Assembly (NCBI GenBank): GCA_003344405.1
Contig: NOWV01000016.1
Coordinates: 682,001-746,000 of the forward strand
DNA length: 64,000 bases
Direction of reading: 5' to 3'
Source of the DNA: Trichoplax sp. H2
Lineage: Eukaryota
Under the pieces are notes generated by a model. The model was given only the letters and a program-made list of their open reading frames with translations. It was not told the DNA's origin and did not search any database. Shown here piece after piece: positions 1 through 13,500 of the stretch. Every line of letters starts with the position of its first letter. The stretch's first letter is position 1. The translations under genes were made by a program, and so were the position numbers.

Positions 1-3000
1 ACTATTAATTTAACCAATGAAAATTATTTAAATATCTACTTTGGACATTGGACATGGGAAGATTTACTTGGTATTGCTACTTTTCCATGGGAACGCCATG
101 TCAAAACCTTGCTAGGTGGAACAATCTTGAAAGCAACCCATTATGGTCATACTGGTCACTTAGATATTATGATTCATGAAATTGGCCATAACTTAGGTTT
201 ATGGCATGTTCATCATGGTATATCGGAAATGAAATGTAGTGATCCATGCTACGAACGTTATCCATCGATGGAATTAGGTGATTTATGCTCCGATACAGCA
301 CCTACACCGCTTAATAATTTATGCCTATCCCCTCTATCTCGCGATGATGCATGCTATGATCATTTAAAGTATAATAATACGCCGTATCGTAATTTTATGA
401 GTTATTCTAACGGATCGTGCTTGCATAAAACTTTTACACCACAGCAAGTAGCTCGTATGCATTGCTATATTGATCAACATTATACTTCTTGGTTGGTTGA
501 TGATGATCCAGCACCTTCGATTATTCCAATTCCACCACAAATACTATCTAACGATCATCAACAATTACAAATTGCGTGGATATCACCGTTGCGTGATCAA
601 CGTCATCAAGTATGCGAACATTGTCATTCCAATGGAGCTCTAGTTCAATTTGCAACTAAAGTATCATCACCATTTACTTATCGTACAACTGGTATGAATA
701 TTTGGTCGCCTGAAGTAGCCTTAAAAGGTTCGCCCGATGCTAAAGCATGTGAATATGATAGGTATGCATGGATTGCACATGAATATTGCAATAGTACATG
801 TTATGTCGAGGTCGGTTTTGATCAGTTGGTTGTTGGACGCCAATTAAAAATATGGGTTACTGGTAATTATAAAAGTGCTCGCGCTTTACATGATATTATA
901 TTATATTATCAAGATGGGAGCAAAGAATCATTAGGAAGTCAAGCGGTCCAATGCGATCAGCCATTTACAACACCTTTATGGTCAAGTAAGATACTAACGC
1001 ATTTAAAGATTTACATTTCTCATCCTGATGTAGGTATCGATTCCGTCCAACTAACTTCATCGCAACATCATAGCGTTTGTGATCATTGCCAACTGCTAAC
1101 TTATCGTGTTCATCGCCAACCACCATTTTATTCAAATCAATCGTCGATGATAACAACTACAACTCATTTTCTAGATTTATGGACGAAGCCATCGGTTAAT
1201 TATATCTATACTGTCCAAGCTATTAGTAATAACCGAACTGGACCTCTATCATCACCTTTGCGTTATTTCTTCAAAGAAGGCTTTTGTGGCAATGGTATAA
1301 TTGAAAATGATGAAAGTTGCGATGACGGTAATCGGCATGATGGTGATGGTTGTAATCTTCGTTGTCAAGTTGAAGAATTTTTTCATTGTCAGCATCAACC
1401 GAGTCTTTGCTATTATCACCTGAATGATGATATATGTGAAGAATTTGAGGAGAGAGTTAGTCCTCATGATTGTGGATTTTATACACCGAAAGGATTTCGT
1501 GATCAATGGGCTTCTCATGCCGTTGCAAATCCCGAATTTCAAGGAGAAAAATGTAGCGATTTTGAAACATTATTATTAGGACCTCCATCTGTTGATCAAG
1601 TAAATGGCATACTTTACTAATTATTGAATGCTATTTTTATAATATCTTATACTTAAAATATCGTAAAATGTTAAGTATTTTAACTACAAAGTTAACTTAT
1701 GGCTTTCTTTTCATTTTTATTGTTTTATATCAGAAATGTACATCTAATCTGGATATGAAATCGTTTTGGCAAGAACTTCCTGTAGCTTGGTATCCATGCG
1801 GTCATCATTATGAAGATGCAAATTTTTGGATTCAAGTAAGCTTCCAGCGTTCAGTTGTTGCATCATCAGTATTGATCTATTTAGCTACAGATGGCAATAT
1901 CGTATTATATACTAAAAGAGTAAGGATATATGTTCAACTAATCGATACAGAAGATAACGTTCACGAAATTACACCTAATGGTATCTTGGCATCATGCAAT
2001 TCTAATCCTTTAACGATATCAGTAATGCACGACATGACTAAAGCCTTTTATTATGTTAAAGCAGTTAATATCTCCTTCACATCATACGAACTTGCTATTT
2101 CAGCAGTTCGGCTACGGTCTCTTACAGCTACAGAATCATTTTCAGCTCATCAGTGCGGTAAAAACGAATATTACAATCCAAAAACGCAACGATGTTATAA
2201 ATATCCTTGTGATCGAGTTCATTGTGGGGTGTACATGACTAAAACAGCTCATGCCAACTGTTCATCAAACTTTGAAGGTGCAACTTGTAATGTTACATGC
2301 TATCATGGATATACTAGCTTAAATGGTCCTTCTTATGAGATTCAATGCATTCAAGGCCAATGGGTTGATCAAGATTATTCCTGCAGACCAATTGATTGTG
2401 GAAAACCGCCTAATGTTGAATATGCTATAACAGCCTGCCCCGATGGTACAAGAGCTGGAAAGGTATGCACATATAAATGTAAATCACCCGCTAGGATGGT
2501 TGGTAAAAATAATTCACTAACTTGCACATCACAAGGATATTGGACACTTCCTCAATCTTACTGCTATTTAACATGCAATCCACCACAGCAGCCGGCTAAT
2601 TCCGTTAATTTTCGTTGTATGAATGCAAACTACCGTCGAAATAAATTGTTTCAAATTGGTCGTTATAATATTGGTAGTTATTGCAAGTTTCATTGCTCTA
2701 AAGGTTATGAGTCTATTAATCAGTATGGCTTGAAGAGTGTACTATCAAGAACTGTATGCAGTTGGAGTGGTCAGTGGGAAGATGCTCGATGTATTCCGAT
2801 TACTTGCCCACCTCCACCACTACTTCAACATGGTAGTTATAACTGTAAAGGAACAACTTATAATTCAACATGTTCTAGAACATGTTTGGATGGAAGCCAT
2901 AAGGTAATATTAATTAATCAAAATTATGGTAACAGTATTAATTGCTTTTCGGCGTGCGCGTATAGATAGGTATAATTTTGAGATTGGTTTACCTTTTCAG

Positions 3001-3744
3001 TAATATAGTTTTTTTAGCAATTTTGTAATATTAGCGATTTAAGTTTATATCGTATGTTGTTTTAAATATACTTGCACATCAGCAAGATCAACTTTAAGCG
3101 TTAATTTTATGTTGTTATTAGCTGCTTTCAATACTTTCAGCTTCGATCACATTAAATTATTATATGATATAATACCTTTATTATGTTGACCTATAAACAA
3201 ATTAACAAGGTTAGATTAGCAAATTTCAATTATTTAAACTAATTCTAGATACCTTTTTTTTCATCTTACGTACTAGAACGGTGGTCATAACGTTATTACT
3301 TGTGGTAGCGATCGAAAATGGCATGGTGTTGTAGACCACTGTCCAGTACCAACACAAATATGTGCAAAACCCAATTTATCATCAAATATGGATGTTACTT
3401 GCTCAAATGGCCATGCTATTGGTCAAAGTTGTAGGATTACATGTAAAACAAATGAAGAAACGCCTAACCATCAGCAAATTACTTGTTCATCAAAACAGAT
3501 ATGGCAACCAGCGTTATCGCAATTAAAATGTAACGTAAGATGTCTATCAGAATACTATAATGATGGATGGTGCGATTTGGAAAATAATCGTGAGGAATGC
3601 CAGTATGATGGAGGTGATTGCTGTAAGTCAACATCAATAGAAGGCATGGTAGAGTATATGATGGAAGATTATTGCAGCAGTGAGCCAGTACCAACTGAAT
3701 GCAATTGCCTCGATCCAAAAGCAGCAGAAAATAAAAATGTATAG
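1..3744 (+). CDS. PAPPA: Pappalysin (PAPP-A-like metzincin metalloprotease), 3' part; exons <1-1599, 1734-2903, 3277-3744
   Basis: The frame is open from base 1 (LNIYFG..LLGIATFPWE..LLGG). It contains the zinc-binding motif HEIGHNLGLWH, Met-turn NFMSY, FTPQQVARMHCY and CGNG..E.CDDGN..DGDGC. Five sushi/CCP modules and a terminal LNR module (NDGWCD..NNREECQYDGGDCC) follow. GT-AG introns 1600-1733 and 2904-3276 keep the frame. PAPPA vs PAPPA2 orthology cannot be resolved from the sequence. Confidence 0.93.
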
Positions 3745-6700
3745 ATATTCGTAGGCATAAAGAAGTTTCCAAGTCAACTCATAATAGTTGTATTCCAGAG
3801 TTAATGGCAAAAATTTATATTTACGTATTCAATGCTATACCTTACACAGATATCAAATTGTGATTTTAAGATGATATTTACAGTTAGTAAAGATTCCATC
3901 ACTAGATTATGATCACTAGATCATTATTGTTGTTTCTTGATTATGATATATTTAATTTATCTGTTTCCTAAATATTTAAAAATCTCAAGAGCATTGCTAG
4001 TTCAATACGCACTTGTTTAATCACTCAATTAATTGTAAACTATCAATTCAGTTTTGCAGCTCTAGTGTTATATTTATAGTACTGGAGTTATAAGTAAATC
4101 ACTTTAAGTGGTGTATAAGAAATTAAATGAAGTTTAAAACATAGTATGTCCAAGTATACCTTAATTTGTTTATTGAGTGCTATATTAACGGTTATAATTA
4201 ATTAGTAATCCAGCAAGGGTGATTCAAGAATAGTTTAATGACGTAATATTTACTACATAGTTATTTGGTACATGATACATATAAGTTTACTCTATAATAG
4301 TAGATGTGTATGAATATTTACACGCATAGATATTCTGTTGCCATTTTTAATTCTTGGTAATAACAAGAAAAAATTATAAGCTGAATGAGTACAAACATTG
4401 ATTGTTTTAACTGCATTGCGATAAGCAATAACTAGAGCAATACAAGATATAAGAGAGTAGGATGAAGATTTCTCATAATTAGCTTTTAAATTGTAATCAG
4501 ATTCAATTAAATTATCTATTATCTCGATATAGACAATATTAAATGATAGTCTGGCGATAAAAATTATCTTCCAGCAAGTATTAGCGGATATTATTCTTTA
4601 AAGATATTTCATGATATTATTTTAGCGTTAACTTTCTTAATTATTCATTAACTGCTAATAGCTTGGATAATAAATTGATGAACTTTTCCATGCTCTATCT
4701 TGAATTCTGGTTAACAATCAGTGTATAAAAGGAATCTACAGGTAAATGGTAGATACTAGCTGGTTGTGAAATGGGGTTTAAAGTAATCATTTCCCTATCA
4801 ATTATAAATTGGTCAGACTTCGATTTTAAATATAAATTGTCTTGCACTAAGCACAAGATCAAAGAAAAAAGTATCTGCTAATACTTGAAATTCTTCAGCC
4901 TACTCTTTATATTATATTAGCTTGGTTGGGAATTTAAAGACATAGTATCCTTTATGACGGTATACTCGTATATATATATTAACATAGTAATGTGATATTG
5001 TTGGGGCAATTTCTTTACGGTTGTAGCTTTTAGAATACGCTATCGCCATTTCTGTCCTTCTTCTGTGTTAGGGCTACGAGTACTAAGGCATTACAAATAC
5101 TTTTCTATAACAACGATGCGTTTTCGTTCTCCTTCCATATGCCTACATAGAGTGTTATTAGGAATAGACTTTGTAGTAGATAGTGACTCCGCCTTATGAT
5201 ATTTCTCTAATAAATACGCGTAAACTAATTATTTTTGCCGTGGGTCAATATTACATGTTCTTATGCAATATGACGCCTATCGTGTAGACTGCAAGAATAG
5301 CTCAAAATTCAATACTGTACGTAATAAGATTAGCAAATTGTCAATTCGTCTTCCTTAACCACAACGATGAGGGATACCGTGAATTTTGATGGGTGAACTG
5401 ATTTTTCTACTTTAAATGAAGGATTAATCGATGTAAATAAGTAGAGTATAATATTTGCAACATGCTCGCTAGATAGGCAATACTGTACAGTGTAGAGTAC
5501 AATATCAATTGAGGTCTATTATGGCTACGCTGTACTTTTTACCTTTTTGCATGCCTCCTACGGAGCTTTACTTTTGTATAGAATTATGACGCTTGCGGAC
5601 AGTATAATATACTGTTCAGAATTGCTGTCTAACTAATCATGTGTGCATTTCAAGGCAAAATAGCAATTAAGATTATGCTACTGCGAGAGACGGAAACAAT
5701 TGGCTGCCGTAGTTCTTCTCTTCATCTCCAAACTGTTCTTATTCATCACGATAAGTGTTCCCATGTTGATCTCTCCATGTACTCAGATTTATATAGGAAA
5801 TTACGTTGTTGCTGAGGCGGTTTTAAGGTATTTATCTGGGATAATGCAACTCTATTCATGACTTTAATAAGAGCAGCTAAGGTTCACCTAGCCCGATTTA
5901 AAAATATCAAGAATAAGATACAGGTTTAGGTTCGGAAGGAGCAAGGGACAAAAATATCGAGAGAAGAGAATCTCTTCTAGAACTGAATGAACTTCGTTTA
6001 ATTTTACAGTATAAGAGTAGCGGTGGTAAAATAATATTAAAGATATTGACTCTAATATCATTAATGTTAGATTAATCTGCATGTGTAATTTTGACTCATA
6101 AGGAGTATTGTTGGAGGCTGCAATAATACTCCTTGTCAACCAACTTGGGAGCAACAACAAGAATTTTTTCCGTCGAGCAGTGATTGATCCATTCAATTCA
6201 TTTTGCTACGACTAAAAATTAAGATTTTAACCGTTGTACGGTAGGTGTTGAAGATGAAAGTCATGATCATTAGAAGCAGCATTTACCGCTGTCTATACTG
6301 ATATCTGTTATGTTCAATTGATTTCCATATTAGAGATTATTACTGGTTATGTTCAGCATTTTAGGGATAATTACTGTGGTGAGATTATGTTTTAAAACAT
6401 ATTTACTGTTATCGTGGTTTTATTACCTTACCTTACAAATATAGAGTATTGATGTATTAACTAGAATGGTATAAAAAGGAGATACGATCGAGAAAAAAAA
6501 GGCAGACTTCAGCTTGTGTTCAATTTGAATAAGTCATGAAGTTGCTCGTTGGTAACGTGAAAATAAAGGAGTTTTTTTTTAAGCTTAACTTGCAGTCGTG
6601 ACAATATCAATAAGAGTCATTCTTAGATAAGACTTCAATGCTAGGTAAGAATTTAATGCTATTTTCCGACATTATCCTACTTAAAGGGATGGATTACAAC

Positions 6701-6869
6701 TCCTTCACTCCCATTAGTGGATCACATTGGGGTGGATGTCCTGAAAGATTTGGATCACTTTGATGATATCGTGTTGAAAAGTTCCATCATCAAAAAAGGA
6801 GTTTTAAACATGCATATCAAGAGGGTCAATGATTATTTGTAGACAAGCCCTTTCCTGGCGATGCTATTT

Positions 6870-9580
6870 TACAGCATCATTGCCATGGACTACGAGGAGA
6901 AAGCTACTACAGCAGTTTTTCTTCTCGTTGTCCATAGCAAAGATGGCGATTTCTAGTCGCCTTTTTGGGAATTTCTGAGCCAATCTTGACGTCTAGACTA
7001 CTGAGAGCAGGTAACATGGGTATGGGGTTGCACGAGTCGCATACAGTACTTGGTGATGCTGTGATCTTCATACGAATACGTTGTACTCAAGGTGTATTCA
7101 CAGTCAGTTTAGTACGACAGATTGAGGTGATTCCGCGTACTACTAAAGACGGGAACTACTGAAAGAGTACCACTACTCTCGTAATTCACTTCAGTCCTAT
7201 TCCAGTCATGATACAGTGATTAGCGTTGGTATCTGGTTCGTTTCCGGGGCCGATGGGTGAAACTTGGGTCTTAGCTGACTTGTGTAAACTGGTGAATTGT
7301 CCACTGAGCGTCATCTCACTAGTGACATGACACTTGGAAGAGTCGCCCCCCCTCCAACTTGGATCACTCTGTCAGAGTCCGATCCGATCCGGTCCGAGCA
7401 AGAACGACTCATTTCTTCATTTGGCTAAGGTATCTGGTTCGTTTCCGGGGCCGATGGGTGAAACTTGGGTCTAAGCTGACTTGTGTAAGCTGGTGAATTG
7501 TCCACTGAGCGTCATCTCACTAGTGACATGACACTTCAAAGAGTCGCCCCCCCCTCCAACTGGATCACTATGTCAGAGTCCGATCCGATCCGGTCCGAGC
7601 AAAAACAATTCATTTCTTCATACTGAGTGCATACTGTACTGTGTCTACATGAGTAGATCTTGCGACAGTAGATAGCGAGTATGACCACCAAGTGACTGCG
7701 TACCAGTACTGAAGCTACTGCAGAAAATTCCTCGGTACTCGACTAGTCAGTGCGTCTTCGCCGCCATTTGGATATTCTACCACCTGGCCTGGAAAGCTCC
7801 ATTAATTGTTGTTAAACGCGAGCAAGACTACTACAGTAATGCAATGATGACTCTTTGGATTGGCTATCAATAAATGAATCATCAAGTAAGTATTTGGAAT
7901 CGGATTTATCCATGAAAAGTATGCTTGAACGAGTTGTATTGGCTTTGATATTGATTGAAAGCCAACGTTGAATAGACTGGATACAAATCGTTAGCAAGGT
8001 AGACGGTAATAAACATGATGGAAGTAGGGTTTAGTGGTATGGACACCTTTGATCATAGCCAATTCCATTTTGAAATATGAGCGATAGAGAAATCATCTTG
8101 GAAAAGTCTTCCAATAGTCGATAGATGGATCCTGATGCAAGTCTATCTTGCCTGTGTGTCCCTCACATCCTTTCCTCAACCATTGTCTCCCTAACGCTAA
8201 TAATATTATGGATTTGATGGGATTGCATCAAGAATAATGTTATATTTATTGTGTGTGCATAGATACAGTATATTCTATATTCTACACAACAGACAGTAGG
8301 ATAACTAGTCTAAAATGAAACAAATGAATGAGTCTGCAATGGTGGCTATCCTATCCTTGCTGAAAACTAGCCATCAGTAATGGCTGAACAAACCAATCTC
8401 TTGTTGGAAAAGGACTAAATCTATCCTATAATGTCATTCAAAACTAGCTAACAAAAATCTCCATGCAATGGTTGCTAATGTCGCCCACAGTAGGTGTATA
8501 CGAGTTTACCAGCATTTCCTGCACAATTGTCAAAACATGTTGCACTTTCCCAGCTCGTATCTAGTTTGCATCCAGGCGATTTTTTACTGGATAGCGTTAT
8601 TATTTTTTTGTCAAACCTGCTTTAAACGGTATCCAAGAATCGTTCATAGTATAGAGTAGCTTACACAAGAAGAGTAGAATAGCATTTGCTTGTTTAGACT
8701 AGTATAGCCAAGTTAGCAGAATGAATTGATTCGACGAAAGAATGTCCTCCTATCATCCAAAAAGGTGATAAATCCCTTAATTTGACAATGACTCTACCGT
8801 CCTGCATGGATGCTTAGTATGTGATAGTTTAAACTCTTTAACCAACACAACATTCGTATACTCTCTATTGCCATAACTAATGAATGGATATTATTCTTGG
8901 AAAAGTCTCTCCTGTACATGGGACACTGATGAAGTCAAGTAGGCCATAGATGGACAATGTATCTTCTTTCTTTTCCACTGTAGTACGGAATTTGATTAGA
9001 CCTTGATGGCAGACAATCTGGGTATCAAAGACTGACTGTCTACGGTAAATATTAGTCGATGTTTAGATAAAATCCCATTCTATCCTGGGGCCGTTGAAAG
9101 TAGCTACTGTACATTGTGTATGCCGAATATAGCAGCAATCCATTCGAAGCGTACTTCTCGTCCATAGTCTGCTACTTACTAAGCGTTATCAATGACTTTG
9201 TCTATGTCACTTCCCGGTTCTTGCTTCCACTCCGTAGAATTTCGATTTAGCAGCTATAGTTAGGCCTGTTTATGGTTTGGTTTAGTGGATAGTTGAATCT
9301 ACTCTGAATTCCATGCTGGATATCTACTGTATACCTTCACGGCTTCACTTATCGGCGACAAAACATAAAAATCGACAATTGCCAGATACAGTAGTCTTGG
9401 CGTACAGTACGACAAACCACTGGATGCCATCATTTAGAGACTTTTAACCGGTATCTGAACGAGAAGCTCACTTTTTCTCAGGATTTACACACCGCTGTAG
9501 GGACAGTAGGTCATGAATTGGTTATTGATTTTAGAGTAGGCGGTAGTTTTCTACATGACCATTTTACTTAGCTGGCTGGA
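6870..9580 (-). mobile_element. Possible highly decayed Ty3/gypsy-like LTR retroelement remnant
   Basis: Short, stop- or frameshift-interrupted minus-strand peptide hints occur in gag-PR-RT-IN order. They are a knuckle-like K*NGHVEK (~9550-9572), protease-like I(E/G)WDF.SKH with a frameshift (~9060-9083), PVKNR...VQEML (~8510-8590), GHTG...YW (~8110-8162) and FLLVVHGNDA (~6875-6905). The motifs are very degenerate and no flanking LTR pair was seen. Confidence 0.25.
7228..7621. repeat. Direct tandem duplication, two ~193-bp GC-rich copies (7228-7420, 7429-7621; period 201 bp)
   Basis: Both copies begin GGTATCTGGTTCGTTTCCGGGGCCGATGGGTGAAACTTGGGTC and end GATCCGATCCGGTCCGAGCAA..CATTTCTTCAT, with only scattered differences. 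Confidence 0.95.
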
Positions 9581-10520
9581 CTATACAACATTGCAATTAT
9601 GCTTGAATTGACGGTATCAGTCCCCTATAATTTCTGCATAGATCAGTCAGTTGCATAGCTGTGTCATCATGCACTGCCTAATTTTCATACTATTTGCACA
9701 CGAAACATCGAATTCGCTGCCTGCTAACTTTGAGTAATCGCCCTTTTATTCACGCTGACGGTAGAAAAGTGTAAAATCCTTCAAGTTTCTACTACAGTCC
9801 AACCTTCCCTTTAGCTACCATAGTTTTTAGGGGGCAGTTCTATTCATTCATTTTTGTAGTTCTGGCAACTTTATACCCTTGGCTGCCTTAGTGTACAGTT
9901 TAGAAGCAATTCATCACTGCTTTCTGTTGTAGACAGTGAGTTCTTTTTTTTTTCCTTGCTATTGTTTTTGGACTTGAAGTGTAATTAGCAAAGTCCTTTC
10001 TGATCGATAGTCTTGTAGGTTAGCAATTGATACGGTAAGCTAGTCGATGGCTACCCCTCTAGTTCATGAAAAGTAGTAATCAATTTGACTATCGAATGTC
10101 GATTAAATTACACGTACTGATGGTTGCTTCGAACGGTGCTGATCAATTTTGTTGTTAGAGTCATTTTTATTTTTTTCTTCTTTATCGTATCGAAAAACTG
10201 GTCTATTATATTATTTATTTTTGCATTGACTGGAATTACCAAGAAATCTTTTCTTATTGACAAGTTTTTATCCCGTCAAATTATTGGGACTCTATACTTG
10301 TTAAGCTTACTCTACATTAGTAAGCAGATTTGCTATCAATTGACACGTACTGTACTAAAGGGAAGATCTTGCAATTTATCCTTCCTCACGCATAAAATAC
10401 TGTATTTTTCCTATACTATCCTATTTTAATGGCCTGTGCTGAATGAACTCATTGAATCTAATAAATGACGTTGTTAAATCCGTAAATTAATTGTCATCAT
10501 CATGCAGATATTGACATACC

Positions 10521-13500
10521 ATGACGTCTAATTTGGATGCTGATACGGCGAAACTGCTGGAAAAGCTAGAAGAACAAAACAGGTACTCTTTACTATTACC
10601 TTCATCTATGTAAGATTAAATAGAATCTCGTAACGCGTTAGAATTTGAAGTTTTGCCTTTGCTATAATTTCATTCTCATTTAAAGCAACTATGACTGTAG
10701 TGTGCGTAGCTAAGAGATCAATATATTTGTACACACGCGTATTGTTATAATATCCTCTATGCTTCGTCGCCTTTAAATCTATTTTGAGCAACAGTACCAT
10801 TCATTCGTGCAAGCCATGTTGTAATACGATGTTGGCCACAACTTTACCCAACAATAACACTCGAAGTTGAGATTCAATAAGGCAATAAAATTCAAGTTAG
10901 AATCTTATCCATTTGTTATCAAGATTCATTCTGATTGAATAAAGAGTTTTTAAAAAGGAAGCAGTCTATAAAACTTGAACTCAAAAATTAAACTATCATT
11001 TAGACTTTACTCTTTTCACTGTAGTTGTGACACCAGTCCTATTGATAAGCTGTAATTAATTGACCAAGCATGTATGATATAATAGTACGAGACATCAAAA
11101 GAGACGATTTGTCTGTGATATTAACATGGATAAACTTCAATAGTCTAATTTAAAATCTCTTACATTTGTATAGTGTTTATACCGCCGTATATAAATAACG
11201 TCACGTTTGTCGTTATTAATCCAGATGAGATTTTGATTTTATTTTTGTCTTTTTTTGCACTTCATTAAAATTATCAGTACTGTACAGTGTACAATCATGT
11301 CAGTGTAAAAAAATTGATCGAAGCAATCACCAGCAGTAAATAATTGAAAATCTGTATCGAATTTTGAATTTATCTACTCTCGTTACTTTCTTAACGTTAA
11401 TTGAAATCGATTTTGTCCATCGCGTTGCGTAGGATTATAGAGAGCAGCCAAAAAAAGCAGGATATGGCATCGACAACAAATAAAAGCACCTCGTCGAATA
11501 ATTTCTCTCATTTACCAAAGAGACCTTTAGGGAAAGTTCGTACTGATAACAGTCTTTTCTGGTCTGAAGAATACATTGAGGGCGATCCAATTGATTTATG
11601 GGGCCGAGTGATTGCAGATTGGGATGATTGCTTGAAGAAAAGGCCTAAATATATCAAAAAATTAGTTCGATATAATATTCCACAACCACTACGATGTTTA
11701 CTCTGGCAGTTACTGTCTGGGGCTGATAAACAAAGATACCTTATCGAAGGTTATGCTGATTTACTGAAGGTTAGTAAAGTATAAGAATCTTCGGTAAATT
11801 AGAATAGTTTACTTTATTAATAATTATTGCGACTAAGTTAAATCTAATTAAATAGGTAGACTGAACATTATTCATAATGCGTTGTATTCGATCGGCTATC
11901 TTTTCAATTAGGAAACGTCTCCTCACGAAAAGACGATTAGAAGAGACATTGACAGAACTTATCCTGATCATCCTAAATTCAGTAGTCCAAATAGCCCTTT
12001 ACAAGAATCTATGCTTAATATTATGAAGGTTACAAACAAAAAAATTATAAATAACTTTTACTGAAATTAGATAAATAAACTAAATCGAAAGCTAGTAATA
12101 TTTAGGCAATCAATTACCATATGAGTGTGATATTTCTAATATTCTTTCTCAGGATAATATTCCTTTCAAGACGTAGAATTCTTAAGCTAAAATTCTTTTC
12201 ATTCTTAATATTCATTTACAAAATCGTGCCTAGACTTTAGACAGTGTGTACTCCTGTGATTGATACCTTTTTTCTATATGTAAAAAATACTATTGTGCTT
12301 GAATGAGACAATCATTTTCTACTGTTATCCTACTCAACAATGTGCTCACTTTACAAATACACTGTTACCTATGAACATTCTGTAACGCATAATTAATCTT
12401 TTTTTTGAATGCAGGCATATTCATTATATGATAAGGAAGTTGGCTATTGCCAGGGAAATGCATTTATTGCCGGCTTATTATTGCTTGAGGTGATTTTAAT
12501 AGAGATACGTATACCTGTATTGAGTGTAAATACTTGATTACAATGTAGTGCATATTACTAGGAATTCTTACACACAGTGTATAGTTTTCAGCTTCAAACT
12601 TGAATTATTTATTCAATTGTAATACGAGACCTTTGCTGTTGGTATCGACTTAAATATTATTATATGCTCTATTATCATATGCTCTATTGATGTAGATGCC
12701 AGAAGAGGAGGCATTTGCTGTATTTGTGCAAATAATGAGGAAATATAACATGCGTGAATTGTGCAAGCCTAATATGGCAGAATTAGCCGTCTGTATGTAC
12801 CAATTAGAATGCTTGATAGAGGTAAGTATTCGTTTAAATTTCCGTAAGTAGTAGTAACTTACAGTAATTTGGACTCTGAAACGTTGATCGCTCCAAAGTA
12901 TATAAATTGATGTTTGCATATTGTGATATCTTTAATCAAGACGAAGCTTTCTTGCAAATTTCAGTTGATAGCATCAGTTGATCAAAGATAATTACTATCT
13001 TGAAACTCTACCTTTGTTATTAATTCAAAGGTTTTTCTTAAGTGCCTAGCCGTGATGATGTAGTATTACTTGAAAAATACGACTGGGTTGTTTAGTAATC
13101 CCTTTTGTTAAAATTTTAAGCCAATACCTAAGTTGTGTATACGCTTAAATAGGCCATTTCATTTTTCATTCCTAGGAATTATTGCCCGATCTTCATGTCC
13201 ATTTTCAAGCACAGGTATCTTTACCTACAGTTTACATAATCGTTCTACCAGCAATATTTTCAGAGTGGATAATTTATCTGGTCTTGTAATTTTCAATATT
13301 AGGGGTTTCGAGCTTCTGTTTATGCGTCATCATGGTTTCTTACTTTATTTGCGTCGACTGTCTCTCCTGACTTAGCAACTAGAATAATGGATTTCGTATT
13401 GGCTGAAGTAAGTAATTATAATTAAAGTCGATTTCTACTAGGATGCAATTCATTATGTACTGCATAAAGCGAACTATGAACTTATGACGAATGTAAAAAC

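Noticed and set aside
5888-6196. 102-aa minus-strand ORF and other short ORF-track ORFs (e.g. 10124-10429, 56463-56798, 57197-57487)
   Set aside because: They have no recognisable motifs or splice context. They are antisense shadows of real exons, low-complexity translations or chance AT-rich ORFs.
7228-7621. Hammerhead ribozyme or tRNA/SINE identity for the duplicated unit
   Set aside because: No properly arranged CUGANGA/GAAA core with stems and no cloverleaf could be built by eye on either strand.
13215-13302. EVI5 intron beginning GTATCTTT, a possible U12-type donor
   Set aside because: There is no convincing TCCTTAAC-like branch point at a suitable distance from the AG, so it is treated as U2-type.
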